A stretch of 57,847 nucleotides of DNA, filler included, from Basidiobolus meristosporus CBS 931.73 (Eukaryota; Fungi; Basidiobolomycota), in assembly GCA_002104905.1 (NCBI GenBank). It is 2 parts of 2 records of this genome, joined end to end, with 100 filler letters (N's around TTAATTAATTAA, not from the genome) between each part and the next. Parts side by side here need not be neighbours in the genome. Positions count along the whole stretch, not along the records: positions 31,278 to 57,847 come from MCFE01000915.1; 1 more part is not named here. The stretch is one strand, 5' to 3'. The notes beneath the pieces were generated by a model. That model made no database searches. It was not told the origin of the DNA and worked only from the letters and a program-made list of their open reading frames with translations. How positions within the stretch are numbered: position 1 is the first letter of the stretch; each line of letters opens with the position of its first letter. Positions 50,791 through 57,847 of the stretch are shown here, piece by piece. Made by a program: the position numbers and the translations under genes.

Positions 50791-52831
50791 GCAAATAAAG
50801 AAAGGTGATTCTACAGTGTAATATATGATTTGCACAAGGGAAGGTAGAAAAAGGAAATACTATTTGGTAAATTGGTATGGTAGCATTATACAGAACCAGC
50901 CAGAGGCTGTCATACTGCCAAGCAGAAGCCATCAGAGTCTTGCTGTGAGGCCGTCAAAATACAGTCAAGTTTCTAGCCATATAAGGCAATTGGAAGTCCT
51001 GGCCAACTGGATCCACTTAAAATAGTAATAGAGCGCTGAAAGTCCGCAACAATAACATGCAAATATTGCCACAGCACCAATCAAAAGTTGTCAAGTTTTA
51101 TCCCTTTATTTGGCATTAAAATTTGCAAAACATCGTCATGATCTTGTTATAAGATTGTCAGGAGGGTCACTAATTCTAAGCTGCTGTTATTATGACTGTC
51201 TCTGAGTGGGATCTTGACCAATGATACAGATTGGATCCCACCGGCAGGACCAAACTAGTTTTCATAGGGAGATGGACTAAAGCAAAATATCCATGTTATC
51301 CCAAGTACAAGTTTATGTTACCAGCTCCCAAATATATAGGCCTGTAGGTATTTTTTGTTGTCATTGATCTTCATTCTTACTGGCTGAGTAATGCAGCTGA
51401 TTATGTAGTGTTCCCATCAGTGTTGAGACTGAAGATGATCTGGTGAGCTCTAAGTTGAATCTAGCTTTCAAGACATATTGCTCTGACATGTACTAGTGTA
51501 ATGCTCCTGAGTCATTCATAATCTTGGCAGGTTCTGCATTTATTACTCCATTCAAGCGTAATAGATTTCCAGAGTTTGAGGTTATTTGGGAAAAGTATTC
51601 TTCAGTCATATCAGAGGTGAGTTCAGTGTGTACTTCTAGTTCATCTGCAATGTTACTATGCTTAAGAGCTTAAATATGGATGAATGTTCTTGTTGACTGG
51701 TGTCCATTTCTTCTCTGAGGGAAGTATTCTGCAATATATCCTTGCTGGTGGCAATTAAAGCAAACTCCTTTCTTCCTATATTCTTCTGAGGCGGAATTCT
51801 CCACAAAGCACCTATTTCCATTGGCACTGCTTCTGAATGTCTTCTTTCATAATGATTTTAACCTCTCTGATTAGTCATTGTTAGCTTTGCAGCTCCAAAC
51901 ATAGCTGAGTCACAGTCAATGGCAATCTTGATGGCATCTTCAATAGACTGAGGTCTTTGATTATTCACTTCCTTACAAATTCTTTCTTTCAACCCATGAA
52001 AAAAATAACCAACTTGCTTCAGAGAGTCCATCCTTTCAGTTTGTCCAAGTAGACATCTATGTTCACAGATGTATTCTTCAACCATTCCTTTCTATCTGAG
52101 TGTCTTTAGCTTCCCACCTGGTGGTGTCTGCCAATGTGGGGGTTCAAAAGAATCCTGAATTTTCAACACAACCTCATCACAGGTAGAAATTGTGGAGTAC
52201 TCAATCATGATGGCTACTGAATCTTGTAGTGGTATCACTGTAAAGCTAAATCTGCTAGTACAAAGCTGCATAATGCAACTTGCTTTCTGGGGCAAATCCT
52301 TTGGCCTTAAGAATTCTTCAATGTGAAAGAACCAAGTTTGCAGATTTTCACTGACTCTACCACATTACCTGTTAACCTTCACACTTAAGGTGCTCCTGAC
52401 AGTATTGTACTAGCTCTGGCCCATGTTAATCACTTCTGGTAGCTGCTGGCTGAGGATCTGGAGTAAATGTTGCTGTTGGGCAATGATTTGCTATGTAGCA
52501 TTCTTCCATTCTGCACTTTATATATAAGCAACTGATTAACTAGCATTACCACTTCTTTATAGAACACTTAAATCCAAGCACTTCTCAGATTGATACATGT
52601 TTGGCTACTAAGAAATCATTGAGTATTCTTTAGGCATTGCAGTATAAACAATGTATAGTTGAAATATTGAGCTATTTGGTATAATTAAGTAGCTAAAGAT
52701 TACTTCACATTTAATGACTGGTCTTAATCATGGTAAGATTCATTTGCAACCCTAACTTTGCAACTTCTCTCAGATTTATGATTATATGATTATTCACCTA
52801 TGGTCAAGATCAAATTATTGCTTCTAACAAA

Positions 52832-53597
52832 TGTTATGTATATTGAAATATTTGACCATTTGGTATCATTCAGCAGCTAAAAATTTACTTAGCAATTCTA
52901 AACTAGTCTTGGTTGCTATGGGACCAATTTGCAGCGCCAACATAGCAAGTCTCATAAGATCTATGATCCTATGACTAATCCCCTATAGTGAAGATTAAAT
53001 TAATACTATTTACCAAACATTATGTACTAACCCTGAAACTCTCACAAAATGCTCCTGAATGTTAAGAAACCCTCCTTATCTAGTATTACAGCTGTATTAC
53101 TTCTACAAAGGTACAAATACTGATCCTCTTTGTGAATCAATAACAGTTCAACTATTATCCATATTTCTTGATAAGTTCCTTATATCCAAAATACTTCTTA
53201 TATTGCAACAAGTTATGAGCCCCAATTGCCTTAACTTATTCTAAAGATGACTTGTACCAGCAAACAGAACACTAAAAACATCTTTCCTGTAAATGAGAGG
53301 TTTGATGGGAAGAACTACAGACTTTGGAGAACCAAGTTGGAGATCCACCTTGATGAAAGAAAGCATTGGAACAAAATAACAGGAAAAGAAATTGTGCCCA
53401 AAGGAACAGCTGAAGAAGTGGAGAAGTTTCAAGAGAAGAAGAGAATGGCCTTCAATGCTGTATATGTCAATATGCAAGATTCCTTCATTGGACAAATCCA
53501 TGCTTCAAATACTGCCGATGCCGCATGGGAATCATCAGAGAAGATCTCTAGAGCAAAGCCAGTATCAAGCAAGCTTTATATAATAGAAAATGAGTGA
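52832..53597 (+). mobile_element. Copia 5' LTR (~52832-53210) + PBS + gag N-terminus, truncated
   Basis: TGTTA...GCAACA, then AGTTATGAGCCC, then an ORF at 53247 (FDGKNYRLWRTKLEIHL...TADAAW) resembling Copia gag N-termini. Confidence 0.72.
53211..53222 (+). promoter_or_regulatory. Primer-binding site, half-tRNAiMet type (first base G>A)
   Basis: AGTTATGAGCCC directly after the CAACA LTR end. Confidence 0.7.
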
Positions 53598-53653
53598 AAC
53601 TGGACAAAAATTAGCTTTGGGAATCAGAGATCACAACCACACCCTTTTTGATC

Positions 53654-55570
53654 TGTTGCACATATATGCAGTGATACACAGTGCTACAAATGTATTGTAA
53701 TTACTGAGTTGTCACCTAAATTTTCATTCTAACTTAGTCACATAGTTTGTATACTGTGATTAGCATTCTGTCCTGACCAGATTTCTTGTTGGGATTTACT
53801 TGGATCATTTTCACCAAATTGTCAGGTACCCAGATTATTATTTTTCTTAAAGTTGTCCAAAAGACCCCAAACTTTGCACACATATTCTTGGGACCTTCCT
53901 TAGCAGGCTCTACACGTTTGTTTCCTCTACCTTATCAAAAGTATAAATACCATACTTTTGATCAATAAATCTATAAGTGAATAACATGCAATTCCTCTAG
54001 TTCTCCACATCACTTCCAATACTCCTCAGAATATTGCAACAGGTTATGAGCCCCAAGCTTGCTGTCCTCTTGGTGTCTACTTTGCCTTGGATCCTTTCTG
54101 CTAGCCTGGAGAAAGACTTTCTGCACTATTGCCCTGCCTTAGTTAAAGATGACTACCGCTGCTTCAAGGACTATGTTCATGAGGATATTGCTGTGGAGAA
54201 GAAGACCATGTCTTCAAAAGACTCATTCAGTTACTACTCAAGCTGGTTATGAAGGAGAGGATATCAAGTTGACATGTATATATGTCAAGAAATATAGTAT
54301 GTTGGTGCTCTACCACTACTGAAGAAAATTGTTTAATTCCAGCAATTGAGGGTCCACATCTACAATGACGTGTATTGCTATATGTATTCATATGACCTCA
54401 ACTAACTGTTAGACAAGCCTTGGATAGGATACTATCCTGAATTGCAAAAAAAAAGTAGAACATCATTGAATGATTGCCAGAGGAAGATTTTACCAAATCT
54501 GTGCTACTCAAAATAAGGCTGAGAATGCAAATACTGGAGCTGTTAACCGCCTTCTTGGACTAGTTATTAATGGAATTAGATCTCAGAAACAATCTCCCTG
54601 AATTGTAAGGATCTCAATGATGCATAATACATATACATCCATCTGGGGTACAGATATGTACTACACAATCCATTGGAAGAATGCTATAGTTGTATCAAGT
54701 GTTTTGATACTGAAACAAGTGTACCAGGAGCTAAATATGGAGCTGTTGGACATGCTGTCACTTTGCTTAAGTCTCAAAACAGTAGGAGAATGTATTATAC
54801 AGTTTTAGCAAAATCAACTCTAGAAGATTCTACTACCAGCCTAAGGAGTGAAGCATACAATTGAAAGCCTGATTGGAGTATTCAACCAAGCAACAGTTGG
54901 TCAGTACACAGCTAAGAGCCACTCAGAAGATAACATAGCACTTTATACTTGTTATATATTTATCACTTATTACAGTGGGAGAAAACACTTGGTTGTATTT
55001 AACTTCTCTGGATCCTACCAGAGGAATGTTGATTGGTCAAATCACCTTGAAGTTCTACAACTCAAGATACTGATATATTGGAGTATGATACCAAAGTATT
55101 GATGAAGCTAGCTATCAAATGCAGTTTATTTGATCAAATTTGGTTAACTCTATCAAAAGTTATGACTGTTATAAGTGGATGCCAATTTTGATTATATCAC
55201 TCTCATATAGTCAGACATTGTGGAACAATGATATCATGGAGACTCTTGTGCTCAAAAACATTGTGGTTCCACCTGCAAGGAAGTCCAGAGCCACCCCACA
55301 AAAGGAATTATCCCTGGGTCATTAGAAGAAAAAGAATAGAAGAAAAAGTTGAAAATACAACTACCGCACACTAGGGTACTTCCCAAATGGAGCCAAAGCT
55401 TATGTAGGCCATATTTGAACTATCTGGCATTGCAGATATGTTCTATGGAGCCTCTTGTACAAAGTTCTCAAGCCAGAATCCCCAGAAGAGCCTTGAGACT
55501 TCAACAGGATCTGTCAGATATTTTAGTATATGGTGGAACAGATTATTAAATGCTGAAGTCTTGATGTCTG
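53654..55570 (+). mobile_element. Copia LTR (53654-54041) + PBS + heavily decayed internal region
   Basis: TGTTG...GCAACA followed by GGTTATGAGCCC. Downstream sequence is stop-ridden, with only faint Copia RT-like phrases. Confidence 0.55.
54042..54053 (+). promoter_or_regulatory. Primer-binding site complementary to the tRNAiMet anticodon arm (Ty5/copia type)
   Basis: GGTTATGAGCCC is the complement of GGGCUCAUAACC in fungal initiator tRNA-Met. Confidence 0.8.
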
Positions 55571-55939
55571 TGTTATGATCTGCCGCTTGAATGTTTAAGT
55601 TAGATCAGCTCTTAGTCAAATCAATTAGTATATGTTTAGGTTATCAGTATATCAGTATTACCTATCAAATCAGTAGCATTAGTCAGCAAATGAATCAGCA
55701 GATCCTTATCAGACAGAAATAGATATATTAAGTAGGATCTTATTGGGTGATGATGATGCAATCAAATGAGTCATCAGCCACAACCTACATTAGGAAATAC
55801 AATTAGTCAGCAATTGATCTGGCAAAATGTATATAAGGAGCTGCTGGAACCTCAATAAAAATCAGTTCAAGTTTTAGTGAATACAATACTAGCTAAACTC
55901 CCTATTCCTCTACAACTCTTATACCAAGACTTGTAACAT

Positions 55940-55948
55940 TGGTAGCAG
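55940..55948 (+). promoter_or_regulatory. Primer-binding site for the tRNAiMet 3' end
   Basis: TGGTAGCAG one base after the LTR; complement of CUGCUACCA. Confidence 0.75.
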
Positions 55949-55996
55949 CAATAACCAGAAACCTCCCTCCTGAAGAAAGAAGAAATCACCCTCAAT

Positions 55997-57049
55997 ATGT
56001 TGGACAATCAAGAATGGAAGAATGCCATGCAGCAAATCCTGGCCCAACAGCAACAGTTACTCCAGATACTCAGCCAACAGCAACAAGGAATGACTACCAT
56101 GGCTCAGAGCCAGCAAAGCCCTGTCAAGAGCAACTTTAGTGTGAAGGTCAACCAGTACCATGGCAGAGTCAATGAAAACCTGGGAACTTGGCTCTTCCAG
56201 ATTGAAGAAGCTTTTAAAGCTAAAGGAATTGCTCCAGAAAGCAAGTTGCATTATGCAGCTTCTTACCTGGCAGATGCAGCCTTACAGTGGTACCACAACA
56301 AGATCAGGTCAGCCACTATGATGGGATACTCTATGATCTCTACCTGGGAAGAGTTTGTGTTGGAAATTCAGGATGCTTTTGAACCTCCACACCAGCAGAC
56401 ACTACTAAGAAGGAAGTTAAAGACACTCAGACAGAAAGGAATGGTGCAAGAATACATCTCTGAGTACAGATGTCTACTTGGACAAATTGAAAGAATGGAC
56501 CCCTTGGATCAAGTTGAATACTTTATTGATGGGTTGAAAGAAAGAACTCGCAAGGAAGTGAATTACCAAAGACATCAGACTATTGAAGAAGCCATCAAGA
56601 TTGCAATTGACTATGACTCAGCTATGTTTGGAGTTGGGAAGCCTACAGTGACTAATCAGAAAGGCTACAATCATTATGAAAGAAGACAATCAGAAGCAGT
56701 ACCAATGGAAATAGATGCTATGCAGAAGAATCCCTCCTCAGAAGAATGCAAGAAGGAAGGGCTTTGCTTCAATTGCCACCAGCAAGGACATATTGCAAAG
56801 TACTGCCCTCAGAGAAGAATTGGACACCAGCCATCAAGAACCTTTAACCATATTGAGTCCCATGAGCACTGTAAGGTGAAAGATGAGCTTGATGAAGACT
56901 CAGAACTCACCTTCCACATGACAGAAGAATACCTATCCCAAATGATCTCAAACTCAGGAAAGCTATTATACCTGAATGGAGTAATCAATGGAGTATCTGC
57001 CAAGATCATGATTGACTCAGGAGCATTGCATGAGTACATGTCAGAGTAA
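55997..57049 (+). CDS. Gypsy Gag-protease ORF (350 aa), ended by a CAA>TAA stop
   Basis: Retrotransposon gag core, CFNCHQQGHIAKYC knuckle and IMIDSGA protease motif. The frame continues after the stop into RT. Confidence 0.88.
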   Translation: MLDNQEWKNAMQQILAQQQQLLQILSQQQQGMTTMAQSQQSPVKSNFSVKVNQYHGRVNENLGTWLFQIEEAFKAKGIAPESKLHYAASYLADAALQWYHNKIRSATMMGYSMISTWEEFVLEIQDAFEPPHQQTLLRRKLKTLRQKGMVQEYISEYRCLLGQIERMDPLDQVEYFIDGLKERTRKEVNYQRHQTIEEAIKIAIDYDSAMFGVGKPTVTNQKGYNHYERRQSEAVPMEIDAMQKNPSSEECKKEGLCFNCHQQGHIAKYCPQRRIGHQPSRTFNHIESHEHCKVKDELDEDSELTFHMTEEYLSQMISNSGKLLYLNGVINGVSAKIMIDSGALHEYMSE

Positions 57050-57847
57050 TTTGCTTTGAAAGCTGGAATCAACTCAGAACCTACCAAATCAACTTCAGTC
57101 TCCACAGCTGATGGGAACTCTCATATAATCAACCGTATTACCCAGCTAATAAGAATGAAGATCAATGACTATGAAGAAGACCTACAGGCTTATATATTAG
57201 GGAACTGCAAGTTTGACCTTGTACTTGGAAAAACCTGGCTATTTTGTTGTAATCCATCAATCAACTGGAGAACCCATGCTACTGAGATCCAAAAAGACAA
57301 CAAGACCTATGAGTTATTACCTGCCAGGCTGGATTTCAACTTGGTCAATTACAGTATGTGTGAGACAAGTGAACTTAGAAAGACCCAGTTCTATAGAGCA
57401 CTTAGAAAAGGTACCAAGATGTTCCTCATGGCGGTATTGCAGGAGGATTCCTCTACCCCAGCACCCCAGCAGGTCCAGACTCTCTTGAAGAAATATTCAG
57501 ACGTGTTCCCAGATGAGCTTGTAAGCCTACTACAAGTCAGAGACATGGATCATGCCATTGACACAGGAAATAGCCCTCCAGTGAGCAAGACACCTTACAG
57601 AATGAGTCCATTGGAATTGGAGGAAATGAAGAGACAAATTGAGCAGCTATTGGAGCAACAATACATCAGGCCCAGCAAGTCACCCTGGGGAGCACCAGTG
57701 CTTTTTGTGAAAAAGAAGGATGGAACACTTAGGATGTGCATTGACTACAGAGCCCTGAACTCAGTTACCATCAAGAATAAGTACCCATACCTTGGATTGA
57801 TGAGCTTTTGGACCCACTTGATGGAGCCACTATTTTCAGCAAGATTG

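Larger units (their letters stand above)
45670..51269 (+). mobile_element. Full-length 5600-bp CACTA/EnSpm-type element, copy B, with CCC...GGG termini
   Basis: Left end CCCTATGGAAAA; right end reverse complement CCCTATGAAAAC; flanks TGA/AGA (3-bp TSD with one mismatch); carries a Transposase_21-like gene. Confidence 0.9.
45400..52520 (-). mobile_element. Ty3/Gypsy copy G3 (gag-protease), split by CACTA copy B
   Basis: 52520-51270 and 45669-45400 join to ...LVLGITWIFCFSPS|INQS..., matching intact ...[17 protein letters not shown] at 57220-57270. Confidence 0.85.
55571..57847 (+). mobile_element. Ty3/Gypsy copy G4: 5' LTR, PBS, gag-PR and start of RT; runs off the window
   Basis: LTR TGTTA...TAACA (55571-55938) with TATATAA and AATAAA; PBS; gag; RT start [29 protein letters not shown]. 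Confidence 0.93.

Noticed and set aside
57047-57049. TAA as a programmed gag-pol readthrough site
   Set aside because: Sister copies G2 and G3 have CAA here, so it is a C>T mutation.
1-57847. tRNA, rRNA or non-canonical (AT-AC) introns
   Set aside because: None seen by eye; all introns I modelled are GT-AG. tRNAscan-SE/Infernal were not run.

Overview
This is eukaryotic (fungal-type) DNA made of two very different halves. They are separated by an artificial 100-bp spacer (44 N + TTAATTAATTAA + 44 N, 31178-31277), so they may not be neighbours in the genome. The left half (1-31177) is CpG-rich, gene-dense DNA with short GT-AG introns. It carries DNM1-type dynamin (partial), ADI1, COX15, an unassigned multi-exon gene, a MIT-domain protein, a StuA-type APSES factor, mitochondrial-type OTC (ARG3), Sec61-gamma (SSS1), a CCDC117-like gene, ARL8 and a JTB-like gene, plus two old Copia solo LTRs. 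The gene set suggests a non-Dikarya fungus (inference). The right half (31278-57847) is almost CpG-free and is a nest of transposons: Copia elements with Ty5/copia-type half-tRNA primer sites, three copies of one Gypsy family, solo LTRs with 4-bp TSDs, a gag-protease-only LTR element, two CACTA-type elements with CCC...GGG ends and a head-to-head accessory ORF, and a 734-bp foldback element with 343-bp arms. Several insertions can be excised by eye to restore the reading frame of the element they interrupt. All assignments come from manual translation and motif recognition; no database search was run.
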